The notes under the pieces are model-generated. The model made no database searches, had not been told where the DNA came from, and saw only the letters and a list, made by a program, of their open reading frames with translations. A stretch of DNA of 64,000 nt from Scyliorhinus canicula. Taxonomy: Eukaryota. The stretch lies in NCBI RefSeq assembly GCF_902713615.1, contig NC_052164.1, positions 8,905,088 to 8,969,087 on the forward strand, written 5' to 3'. Both the position numbers and the translations under genes were made by a program. Positions 11,337-22,660 of the stretch are shown in pieces. Numbering within the stretch: the stretch's first letter is position 1; each line of letters starts with the position of its first letter.

Positions 11337-13215
11337 CCAGCCCCAGCAACTACATTGGGAGATTTACTTTGTTGTTTTAGCTTCTCATTGTACAGTTTCT
11401 TTCATTTTAGCTGATTAGAAAAACGTCAGTAACCGCGGCAGAGATTCAATTATCCCTCTTCCATTGTCTATGTTGCTGATTCTTGTTGGGGGACAAGACA
11501 ACTTCACCAGTGTATTTATATATTCTTAATATTTTAGCTAATATCCTTCATACTCTACCTGCAGGGAACATATTTTTCGCGTGCATTAATTATAACATGC
11601 ACACGTGTTAAATTCTTTGCTTTGAAATTATTTTATTATTCATGTCATAATTTGCATCTCTGATCAGACTTTTTTTTAAATCTACTTGTTCTCTCCTCGT
11701 GTGTCAATATGGTCCCAAAGCATATTTCAAACTGCTGTTTGATTGATTGAATCGGAAGCCACACATCATCGTCAGCACGATGGCTGTTAAATAAAAAAAA
11801 CTCCCCCCGCCCCCAGCCAAAACTCTAATTTCACATCTGCAGAAATCCTAATATGCGAACATTGCAAAAGGCCAGAGTCAGTTCCTTTTTACAAGACAAA
11901 ATACGTTTGGTACATTTACTCAGCACCCCCCACACCATCACCCACCACACACTTCAGGCTGTCACATTGTCAATCTCTGGAAGTCTAGACTTCGCGTGAA
12001 AAACCTTTATATTTATTTCAATGATGATCATTTGTAGCCCCCTACATATAAACGCAGCCATTTTGAAACTGCCTTGTGAAAACAACCTCACAAAGGCTGC
12101 CTGGCATCAAATTTTGTGCCACTGATCTGGGTCCTCTTTGTTTCGCAGGCAGCGGTTTAGACATTAGGGGGTTTCCGCAAATAATCTAACTTCATTCTGA
12201 TTGGATTACATCCCTGTTTGAATTTTCACGTTCATCTACGTATATCATTAATGAAATATCTATTGCTGGTCATCGCCATATTATCTATACTTGTGTCCCA
12301 ACTGCTTAACCAATGCCCTCATGAACTGTATTTTGATCAAATTTGATGGTTTGCCTATTACTGGGCTTTGGTTTGATGGATGTGGCTGGGATCTTCGTAT
12401 AGTTATTGGTATCTGTGCCCGCTGCTCCATTCAATGAACTATGTACTTCTCTTAATGCAACATTTATTTACCCAGAGTGTCTATTACTCCATATCAATTC
12501 GGTGGGTTTACTCTGACCGACAGGATGTATATTTCTAGACGTTAATAAAATGATTGTTTCTGTGGCCTGGGTGCCTTTAACAATATATTATTACAGTTTG
12601 TGCTTGAATCTGCTGAATGTGTTCTATTTCAGCGCATGATTCACTGAAAAGATGAGTTGATATCTGTCATTGGCTAGACATGGAGACGTTATAATCACTT
12701 ATTAATGCTAGCTGCTTCGACCAATCGGACCGCTTCCACGCGCATTTAATATTGTACATCAATGTGTTGGCTAATACTCCAGGTTATCGTACTCTTCCAT
12801 TGCTCTCAATTCGGTGTTGTTTCTAAATAATGTTTCAGTGCAGTGTGACTGTTTCTGTTACCTTTTCGATAGCAGTGTCAGTTTCAAGAACTGCAAACGT
12901 CCCTGTCATCATGTTTGAATGTGGCACATATTGCTACACCTTAGTCAGTGTTTATCATTACATTTAATATAGTGTTTATACAGCAACTGTATCTGTCAGA
13001 ATTAAGCGCTACCTGATTTGTCATCATGTCAGTGTTAAAATCTAGTAACCATTATTTTAATGTCAACCCTAGTACACAATTCGTAGCTATTGGTTGCCAT
13101 GATATTGATGGAGTATTTCTCACTATAAACCCATAAAGCCACTTGGTGATGTATTTGGTTTAAGCATTGCCCTTGTAACAGTTTGTCATGTAATGTTATA
13201 TTAAAGAACTTGTTC

Positions 13216-13240
13216 ATATATCTATATATATATATATATA
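13216..13240. repeat. (TA)n microsatellite
   Basis: Directly visible. Confidence 0.9.
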
Positions 13241-14944
13241 CGTCGTCTTAAAACCACTGAAGAATATCTAAGTGTATTTTGTGGCAGGCTGTGATCAGTG
13301 ACGTATTTTGTAATATAGACCGTCATGTAACTTGTAATGACTATATTGTATTTATAAATTTACAACATGTTGAATCGTGTTTTGTACTTTTGTAACTCCA
13401 CGTTCACTATTGTTAAATTCATGTGCCTGGTGAGATTATCTCATTTTCTTCATCCTGACTAAACTCAGGAGTCATTCTGCGTCTTTGTCAACCCAAACTC
13501 TATTAACTTACACACTGGCGGTCAAGCGAATGCTTTAAGTGACTAAATATGTTTTCCAAGTAAAAGTTAAATAAGTTCAACAACAAAAAAGTAAAGTTTT
13601 GTTGGCTCATCGCCACCAAGTGTGAAATTATTAAAGTGGACATTTTCTGCAGACTGATTATAATTGGGATAAAGGTTTTCCTTTGCCGTGGAGGGGTAGA
13701 TATTTTACAATTTTCCTAACATACTACGATATTATGAAGATAATAAGTCTCCCAAATATTTTGGTACTGAACAAATTTGTAAGTACTCACAACAAACAAC
13801 AATGAATTCAGTAATTTTTATATTAAAAACGCATTTTTTACATTGTGAGGTAAACCATATCCGAAAGTTAAAAAGGAACACTTTTCACTGCATGTTGCTG
13901 ATGTGATAAAAGACTCCGTCTTTTTATATGAGTTACAACACATTAAAGGAACATTCCAATGTTCCCCGTGCCTGTGTTTATTTCACAGATGAACCTCCCT
14001 TAGTGTGAAATTTGGTAAATGTGTTTCGGTTTCCAATAACATCAGGATGTAGAATTGCAATCAGAGATCGCAGCCCAGTTCAAGGAAGTTTGACAAAATG
14101 AAACCTTCTCCTTTTCACTATCGCATCAGATCATTGGCTAATTTCTATAATTGTTACATTAATATGGATACGAGAGAGAATGACATCAGTGAAAGCAATG
14201 GAAGGCGGAATGGTAGAAAAATATGTAAAGAAAACCCTTTTTCATATCATATTGCATGAATTACCAGCTTAGACTCCAATCACTTGTCTTTGTAGCTGTC
14301 CTTAAGCACGATTGAATTGCGGTCATGACAAAGTTTGATGACAACGTTTTGACAAATCACTGGGTGATTTACCGAGAGATGAACTTTGTTTGTGTTTTCA
14401 GGCTGGTTCTTTGTAATGGATAAAAGAACAGCAAATGGCTGTATAATCTTCTGGAACATTTTGATTTGGTACCAACCCAACTATACAGATAATGTGGTTT
14501 TAATTCTGGAGAGTGTTGTTTCACCCTGATATTCTGCCTGCTTAGTCATCATTTAGATTTAGAATAATGTATGATGAACTGTTAGATCATTAATTTATCA
14601 GATTGTGCATTAGATTACTCCCAGCCCTTTTAAAGGAATGTTGAAGGTTTTATCCCGAGGCGCTGACGCTACCACAATTTGTACCGGAGCAGTTTGCAAC
14701 GGTTGGATGCTGGAGATTTTGCAAAGTCCCGATATGCATGTCAAATATTTCAACGTTGAATATAACATTCACAGTGGAACATGGCTATTTTCAGCAGAAT
14801 AATAACAATGCACACACAATAGATCTATTAACGCCATCCTCCGCTCCAAAGGTTGGAATGACCAGTTGCCAGGTCAGAGCAGGTGAACGGCCTTAACTCA
14901 TTTGTGGACGAGATAGATAGAAAATGTAGCTAGTCGACAAATAG

Positions 14945-15262
14945 NNNNNNNNNNNNNNNNNNNNNNNNNNNNNNNNNNNNNNNNNNNNNNNNNNNNNNNN
15001 NNNNNNNNNNNNNNNNNNNNNNNNNNNNNNNNNNNNNNNNNNNNNNNNNNNNNNNNNNNNNNNNNNNNNNNNNNNNNNNNNNNNNNNNNNNNNNNNNNNN
15101 NNNNNNNNNNNNNNNNNNNNNNNNNNNNNNNNNNNNNNNNNNNNNNNNNNNNNNNNNNNNNNNNNNNNNNNNNNNNNNNNNNNNNTGGGTAGATAGATAG
15201 ATATAAAACAAGATGGATAGGTAGCTAGATAGATAGTTGGATAGATAGATAGACAGACAGAC
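14945..15262. repeat. Assembly gap (14945-15185) adjoining a (GATA)n/(GACA)n microsatellite
   Basis: N run followed by agatagatag..agacagacag. Confidence 0.9.
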
Positions 15263-16199
15263 AGGTAAACGGGGCAGTCTAGTGAGCAGAGACATATAGA
15301 GACAACGGTAGAGGAGGAGAAACAGGAACGGACCGGCGCTAGGGAATGATAGAGAGACAGCGAGAAAGGGAGCCGAATACAGCAGAGGGAAACAAAGACA
15401 GATGGAGGCAGACAAATTCAGTGAGACAGGGAGAGGGGGGAGATGGGCAGAGGAAAAGAGAGAAAGTGAGAGGCAGTTAAATTGCCTGAGAGGCAGAGAG
15501 AGACAAAGACTGTGTTTTTGTTTTGCACACAGCTCCGGCTTTCTGCTGTCTTCCGATGCTAACACAATTTCACTTTTACAGAGGATTTGTGATTTCGTTT
15601 TATCCCGGGCTATAATGTCCATCGATTTGTTTCTCTGGCCCGGGATAATGAGATTTAACCCTATTTGACATATTCTGCCTCCCGTCTGTTGGCCATATTC
15701 TTTCTGTCTCCCCTTTCTCTGCGTCTTCTGACCAGCCTGTTAAAGGCAACAATGGAATGAACGCCGCAGACAAGCAGCGATATTGCCATAAAAATATATT
15801 CCCAAAAAATTGGCGCGAGATATGCATTCAGATCTCACTGTATAAATATCAGGCACGTACCCGTGACAATATTTTGCTTTTTTTGATATACGCGTTAGAT
15901 TTTGTAACCAAAAATATACAATGTCAATATTGCATGCTGACTGAACACAAAGGTTTATATATTTTTTATCCTTGGATATATAAGTGATTGTGAATGTGTG
16001 TGCCGGTTGTAAGGGGTGATACATCGCTTTCACTAATGTGACACAGGCTCTTGTTCACCCTCCCTCCCGCTTCTTTGTTTCATTTAGCTATTATCTCCAC
16101 ACCATCTATCTCTGTCTGGCATGTTTTTCACCCCCCCCCCCCCCCCCCCCGGTGCTGGGTGAGACTGGCGGGGGGATGGGGGTGTGGAGCCGCGGCCGA

Positions 16200-16715
16200 G
16201 GGAACCTCAAGGACGAATTGACAATAAGAGCGAAATTCCTTCTGCAGAATTGGCAGCGGAGGAATCGATCTATTGACCGGCATCCCCCCATCGCAGGTCC
16301 AGTCTCGATTTTAAAAAAACCCAGAAATGGCAACAGAGTAAAATGTCAATGGAGCAAAATACACATTGGTGCATCAATGACTGAAATCACGCGATTCTGA
16401 AATGTTGCCTCGGTGGCTTTGCTAACAGCCCCGTTCATTTATTGTCTTAAGGTTATTGCCGATCATAAATTAAAAGGGTCAATTTAAACCAGGCAGATTG
16501 CAAGAATTTGTGTGATAACCCATCAGCTTAATCAGGGAAACAGATTGCCCCTCCTGCTTTTCCTGGATGTCTATTGACACGTGCTGCTTATTTTCACTCT
16601 GTCTGGATCCACATTATCTCCATTGGCCGGTACAGCTGACCAGTGAGCACAGCGCCGATCGATATACCCTCCGCTATTAAAGAGGCGGCAGAAGGCAGCA
16701 TATGTCACCGTGGGA
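16200..16715. promoter_or_regulatory. Candidate conserved non-coding element (developmental enhancer-like)
   Basis: Unique, CpG-retaining sequence with homeodomain/TALE-type motifs (ttgaca, tcataaattaa, taatca), ATCGAT twice, gggtca, CACGTG and CAGCTG. Conservation itself was not tested. Confidence 0.45.
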
Positions 16716-16917
16716 AACACTGGCAGCCTCTGGACAAAAGAACACTATTCCAGGCAGGAAAGACGCGGTTACCTAGCAACAGACAGAAGCCCGATTTTCT
16801 CCAAAGCTGGAGTGCTCTCTGCTGGTTGGGAACAGAATCAATACAATCAAAGCGGGGCCGCGATTGAAACTCACACATCAGAGCATTGAATATCCGCGGG
16901 GGCAGCCAGGAATACCC

Positions 16918-17935
16918 TGGGGGCGGGGGTGTAGGGGGTGTGTGTGTGGGGGGGGGGGAGGTGTGTGTGTGGGGGGGAGGTGTGGGGGGGAGGTGTGGGG
17001 GGCGGTGTGGGGGGGGGCTTGGGTGTGTGTCGGTGTGTGTGGGGGGAGGTGTGTGTGTGGGGGGGAGGTGGGGGGGAGGTGTGGGCGGGGGGTTTGGGTG
17101 TGTGTCGGTGTATTTGGGGGGGGCGGGCNNNNNNNNNNNNNNNNNNNNNNNNNNNNNNNNNNNNNNNNNNNNNNNNNNNNNNNNNNNNNNNNNNNNNNNN
17201 NNNNNNNNNNNNNNNNNNNNNNNNNNNNNNNNNNNNNNNNNNNNNNNNNNNNNNNNNNNNNNNNNNNTGTTGGGGGTGTGGGGTGTATATGGGTGTGTGT
17301 GGGGGGTGTATGTGTGGATGTATGTGTAGGGGTGGTGTGTGTTGGGTGTGTGTGTGTGGGGGGGTTGAGGGGGGGGGGGTGTGTGGGGTGTGTGTGGGAT
17401 GTGTGTGNNNNNNNNNNNNNNNNNNNNNNNNNNNNNNNNNNNNNNNNNNNNNNNNNNNNNNNNNNNNNNNNNNNNNNNNNNNNNNNNNNNNNNNNNNNNN
17501 NNNNNNNNNNNNNNNNNNNNNNNNNNNNNNNNNNNNNNNNNNNNNNNNNGGATGTGTGTGTAGGTGTGTGTGTGGGGGTGTGTGTGTGGGGTGTGTGTGT
17601 GGGGGTGTGTGTGGGTGTGTGTGGGATGTGTGTGTGGGGGTGGGGTGTGTGGGGGGTGGGGGGTGGGGGTGTGTGTATGTGTGTGTAGGGGTGGTGTATG
17701 TGGGTGTGTGTGGGGGTGTGTGTGGGGGTGTATGTGTGTGTAGGTGTGTGTGTAGGTGCGTGTGTGGGGGTGTGTGTGTGTGGGGTGTGTGTGTGTGGGG
17801 GTGTGTGTGTGGGGTGTATGTGGGATGTGTGTGAGGGGTGGTGTGTGTGTGTGGGGGTGTGTGTGGGGTGTGTGTGGGATGTGTGTGTGGGGGGGTGGGG
17901 TGTGTGTGTGTGGGGGTGTGTGTGGGGGTTTGGGT
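16918..17935. repeat. G/GT-rich low-complexity tandem array with two N gaps (17129-17267, 17408-17549)
   Basis: Mixed (GT)n and Gn runs; source of the long His/Thr/Pro and Gly/Val/Cys ORFs. Confidence 0.95.
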
Positions 17936-18946
17936 CTCTCCATGGGTGTGTCTGTGGCTGGGGAGGGGCGGCAGAGATTTCATACCCATGAACTGAACGC
18001 CACAGTCGAGTTCTGCGAAATGAAGCGACATTAGGGCTCAGGGAGCGTGGCTTTGAACAGGGAAATTGTCTATCCATTTTCAAATTTGGAATAACTCAAT
18101 CTAAATGATTTTGTTTCAATATTTTGCCGTTTTTTTTCTTTGCAAAATGATGCATTTTTGCTTCAGCTCTCGGCCTCGCAGCTCCCTCGCCCACCAGAAG
18201 GCAATCGATGCCCAATGGTGTCCTGAACTGCCACACTGGAGGGCAGGCAGTGGAGCCCACAGGTGATGTGAGAACAAAGGGCGGTTCCAGGCAGGTCCCC
18301 CCCCCCCCCCCCCCCCCCTGTGTGTCAGGCAGCGGCTATTGGGTTGGGAGGATCGGCTGGACCTTATTATTGCCTTGTGGCTGTGTTTGGAGTTTCTGCC
18401 GTGCACTGTCTCCATCCATCAGACCTGCACAGTCATAACCCAAGCAGAATGTCACCACATCAAAGTCACTGCACTCCCCCTCCCTCTGAAAGCCCCAATC
18501 TCAGTGCTGCCATTGTCCAGGCTATTGGCTTCGTCCAATGTCCCACAATGCTTCCCTGGCTGATCTTGATTGGTTCTCTCACTCGCCGCCAGAGTAAACC
18601 TTAGCTTTGGGAAATGCCAATTCGGGTATCTCTCTGAACATTTCCTTTCGGTGTCCGTCTGTCTATTTCCCCGTGTTCACCATAAACTCACCTTAAGTTG
18701 ACACATTTGGCCACATTCAGTTTGAACAATGTTCTGCCCTCCAGTTGGAAATTGACTGAAATAAAGGTAGAGCAGGTCTGGCAGCATCTGTGGAGAGAGA
18801 AACAGAGTCCCTGACCCGACTACACAACTGAAAAATCATTTGCCTGATGTGGATTTCCGGAGTGGTTCCGCCATTGCTGCTGTCTCATTTGTCCTTCCAC
18901 GCCTTTTCTGTACAAAAAAAAATGCAATCAATTAACTGAAAAGTCC

Positions 18947-19122
18947 CAGCCCCGGGTCACTGTCCGTGTGGAATTTGCACATTTTCCTAATCCCTGCGTG
19001 GGTCTCACCCCCACAACCCAAAGATTTGTAGGGTAGGTGGATTGGCCACGCGAAATTGCCCTTTAACTGGGGGGGGGGGGGGGGGGGGGGGGGGAGAATT
19101 GGGTACACTAAATTTTAAAAAA
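18947..19122 (+). mobile_element. 5'-truncated family B SINE with expanded G run
   Basis: ccgggtcactgtccgtgtgg..cacaacccaaagat..aattgggtacactaaattttaaaaa. Confidence 0.85.
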
Positions 19123-19164
19123 TGATAATTAGTCCTTGGCATCTGAATTTTATTTGATAAACAC

Positions 19165-19860
19165 TCACAGAACGGGAAAGGGTTGTGAACTGTGAGGAGG
19201 ATGGTATGAAACTTCAGAAGGGTATGGGTAGGCTGGTGGAATGGGTGGACAACTGGTAGATGGAATTCCAAGCAGGGAAGTGATTCGTTTTAGCGGGAAG
19301 CATTTGGACGGACAATACAAAATAAGGGTACAGTTCTAAAGGGGGTGCTGGAGCAGAAGAACCTGGGTGTACATCTGCATAGACCAGTGAAGGTGGTGGG
19401 AAACAGTTAATAAGGTAATAATAAGAGAAAAGTAAGTACGTTATGATGAACCCGTCCAAATCATTAATCCTGCTTCAACTGGGGGATTGAGTCTAATACT
19501 GACTGCAACGTTTTAGGGAGGGTGTTAAAACATCAGAAAAGGTGCAGGAATAACCTACAAAAATGGTTGCAGGGATGAGGAAATTCGCTTACATGGTTGG
19601 GTTGGAGAAGTTGGGACTTCCTTTGAGAAGAGGAGAGTTGATAGAGGCGTTCAAAATCGCGAGGGACGTGGACAGAGTAGACAGGGAGGGAGCTGTTCCC
19701 GTTGATAGAAAGATCGAGAACCAGAGGACGTAGAATTAAGGTGATTGGCCAAAAAAAAACAACGGTGACTGGAGGAGAAAGGGTTTGAAGCGCTGCCTGC
19801 GGGTGTAGTGCAACAAGACTCAATGGTGACTTTCAAAGGTGAATTGGACAATTATCTGTA
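19165..19860 (+). mobile_element. Old, decayed CR1 ORF2 3' fragment
   Basis: Remnants of W..W.MEF, DLGV, EKLGL..LRRGELIEAFKI motifs with frameshifts. Confidence 0.7.
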
Positions 19861-20599
19861 TATCGCCGTTTTCCGGCGTTACTGCGAAAAGCGGAACTGA
19901 GCACAGTGACATTTTGGAAAGATAGAAGTGGCGCAAAAAAAAACTGGTAAAGAGAGAGGACTTGAGGGTAAAATGTCGATCTTGCTGAATTTGACCCGTG
20001 AAGCCCAGTTGGTATCATTTTGCCTCTGAACTGATAGTTTTGATCCTCATTGGACAGAGCTCGATACTCTCGATTAGAATGAATTGTGCTTCCAGTGAAA
20101 TATTCTTCGCTTTTTCTAGATCAAATACATTTTATTTTACAAAACCAACAGGAGATACTTCAAATACCATCGAAACTGAACATTCACCCCAAAGGAAAAT
20201 AATGGATTAACTTGATCAAAGTTTGTGTTTAAAGGTTGTTAAGAATAAGACATTTAAATAAACCGCATGTTAAGAGTGAAACGTTAGTTCTGTCCAGGCC
20301 TTTGATGCGAACGCTTTGAACATGCACAATCTACACGTGTTGACATATTAAGTTCAAAATGAGGATGTTCCCCCTTCCTCCCCTCCATCCCTCCCGTGTG
20401 CAAAAGCAATTATACCCAATCCTTGCTGTCGCTATGGGCCATATTTTTGGAATTCAGGTGACGCAAGGAGGGATAAAAACTGGGGAACCCTTTGTGGAAA
20501 TGTCACAATTTGAGAGCTGTTTCTTTTAAATTGGTTTGATGCAGTCTTGAGAATGAAAGAAAATAGATGTGCAGACATTCGAACAGAAGGCGGAGGGGA

Positions 20600-20852
20600 A
20601 AGTGGGATTTGGAGCGGCCTCGGCTGACAGGACTTCAAGATCTGGTAGCCCCCCCCCCCCCCCCCCCCTTCCCCCTCCCCATCTCCTCCCATACCTTTCG
20701 CCTCCAGCTCGCTTTCCTCCTTCAAAACACTCCTTGAAACCGACTGCTTTGATCAACCTTTTGGTCTTTTGACTCAATACCTCCTTACATGGTTTTGCAA
20801 TGCTCCTGTGAGGTGCCTTGGGACATTCCAGGAAGTTAAAGGCGCTATGTCA
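20600..20852 (+). mobile_element. L2 LINE 3' fragment
   Basis: ttcctccttcaaaacactccttgaaacc..ctcctgtgaggtgccttgggacatt..ttaaaggcgctat; same tail as 52535-52580. Confidence 0.65.
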
Positions 20853-21995
20853 TTAGACATGGCGTTGAGGCTGTTGTTATGGAGTCTATGCCACGTGCGG
20901 AGAAAGGCAGAGGAAGTGTATCAACCGAGCAACCATTGTGTGGGGGTGTTGGCAGCCACGTTCAACATTCCTTTGCGACATTGAAAGAATGTTGATACAG
21001 TGAGCTGCTTCAGCGTGTCAATGGGGAGCAGGATTGAGCCTGACATTACAATGAATGAGCTGGTAAATTACCCACCGTCTCTCTCCCTCTACTGTCACAC
21101 ATGTGATTTGAGAACACGATCAGAGACCGTCACCCTCGATGCTTGTGGTCGGGGAGAAAGGGATGCCACGCCTGCACAACACTCCAACACTGCATTCTGA
21201 TACTTTGCCTCCGTTTCAGCAGTTTTAATTGGATCTTATTTGCTATGCCGGGCGATACATTAACATTTTCTATTATGTATATTGTTTCAGATCAACTTTA
21301 ATGAAAGCCAGAAAATTCCAAATCGCCTGGGGACACAACAAGCGAAATGAATATCCCTCCACACATTGGAAACGTGCAAACTCCGACCTAAGACCCTGGA
21401 TATGTGTCAGTACTTGAATGTGTAATTTAATAGATCACAAGTCTAGTTTGGCATGTACAACAAAATGCAGACAATACAGCATGGACTGTGCACATCCTAT
21501 CCATCTTTAGGAATGCCCTGTATTCCTATGGGAATTTGTACCTGGAACATGCATTGAAAAAAAAAGCCAAAATACATTCATAAATGTAGAAGCAAATACC
21601 TGACTGGTTCAATAGAATTGCAAACAAATGTCAATATTTTGTCATATTGAGGAGTAACCAGATAATTGCACCATTCTAAATACAATAATACCGAGAAAGA
21701 GGCTTGGGTTTCTCAACCCTATAAAAAAAATGTTAAAGATCTGCAAATCTTCCTAAATTGGCCAGGGAATTCAATTTATTGACAGATCGGAAGCTCCAGG
21801 GCAGCCCATAGTCCGTTAATAATTGGGATCGAAGAGTCTTAGCGTTTCACACATTTGCGAGATGCGCTGGAATTTAACGCTGACAATTTCCGAGGTTGGG
21901 ATATGATCCCATTTCTGATACCCGATGAAAAGCTGCTGGGATGGACGCCTGGTCTTGATCATGGAGGGGACCTCACACACTGATATCCAACAAAA

Positions 21996-22226
21996 GGGCA
22001 GCATGGTGGGTGGCTCAGTGGGTTAGCATTGCCGCCTCATGGCGCTGAGTTCCCAGGTTCAATTCCTGCTCTGGGTCACTGTCCGTGTGGAGTTTGCACA
22101 TTCTCCCCGTGTCTGCGTGGGTTTCGCCCCCACAACCCAAAGATGTGCAGGGTAAGTGGATTGGCCATGCTAAATTGCCCCTTAATTGGAAAAAAATGAA
22201 TTGGGCACTCTAAAATTTAAAAAAAG
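21996..22226 (+). mobile_element. Family B SINE, full length, with TSD
   Basis: TSD tgatatccaac at 21981-21991 and 22230-22240; A-rich tail. Confidence 0.92.
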
Positions 22227-22502
22227 CAATGATATCCAACTAAGAGATCAAGGTAACCCCATGCTCCTTTTCCAATGTTTCAATAATGCTGGTGTCTAGG
22301 TTGGAGCTATATTAAACCATTATCAATCAGATGGCATCATTCCAATTGTTTTCTCCGGAGCTGTTAATCCAACATTCCGCACGCCATTTGTCGAGGATGA
22401 CCCGCGTTCCAGATTTTCTATCTGTTTATAGAAATACCGCAGGTTATATTCTGCCCGGTGCCCAATACCCAGTCAGAATGATAACATGCAAAATAGGCTG
22501 GA

Positions 22503-22660
22503 AATAATAATAATAATAATCACTTATTGTCACAAGTAGGCTTCAATAAAGTTACTGTGAAAAGTAACATTGCAGCGCCTGTTCGGGGAGGCTGGAACGG
22601 GAATTGAACCCGCACTGCTGGTCTTGTTCCCTATTACAAGCCAGCTGTCTTAATCCACCG
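22503..22660 (-). mobile_element. Family C-related SINE with (TAT)n tail
   Basis: Shares ..gaagcctacttgtgacaataag tail and tRNA-like head with 28952, 31968, 50198 and 59150 copies. Confidence 0.8.

Noticed and set aside
11400-14940. Possible endogenous viral element or decayed DNA transposon in AT-rich unique DNA
   Set aside because: No long ORF, protein motif or terminal repeat visible; left unassigned.
16705-18083. His/Thr/Pro-rich and Gly/Val/Cys-rich ORFs up to 412 aa
   Set aside because: Translations of a (GT)n/Gn low-complexity array with gaps, open in many frames.
21996-22075. SINE heads as tRNA genes
   Set aside because: They have A and B boxes but continue into SINE bodies and tails; only 11249-11322 is a genuine tRNA gene.
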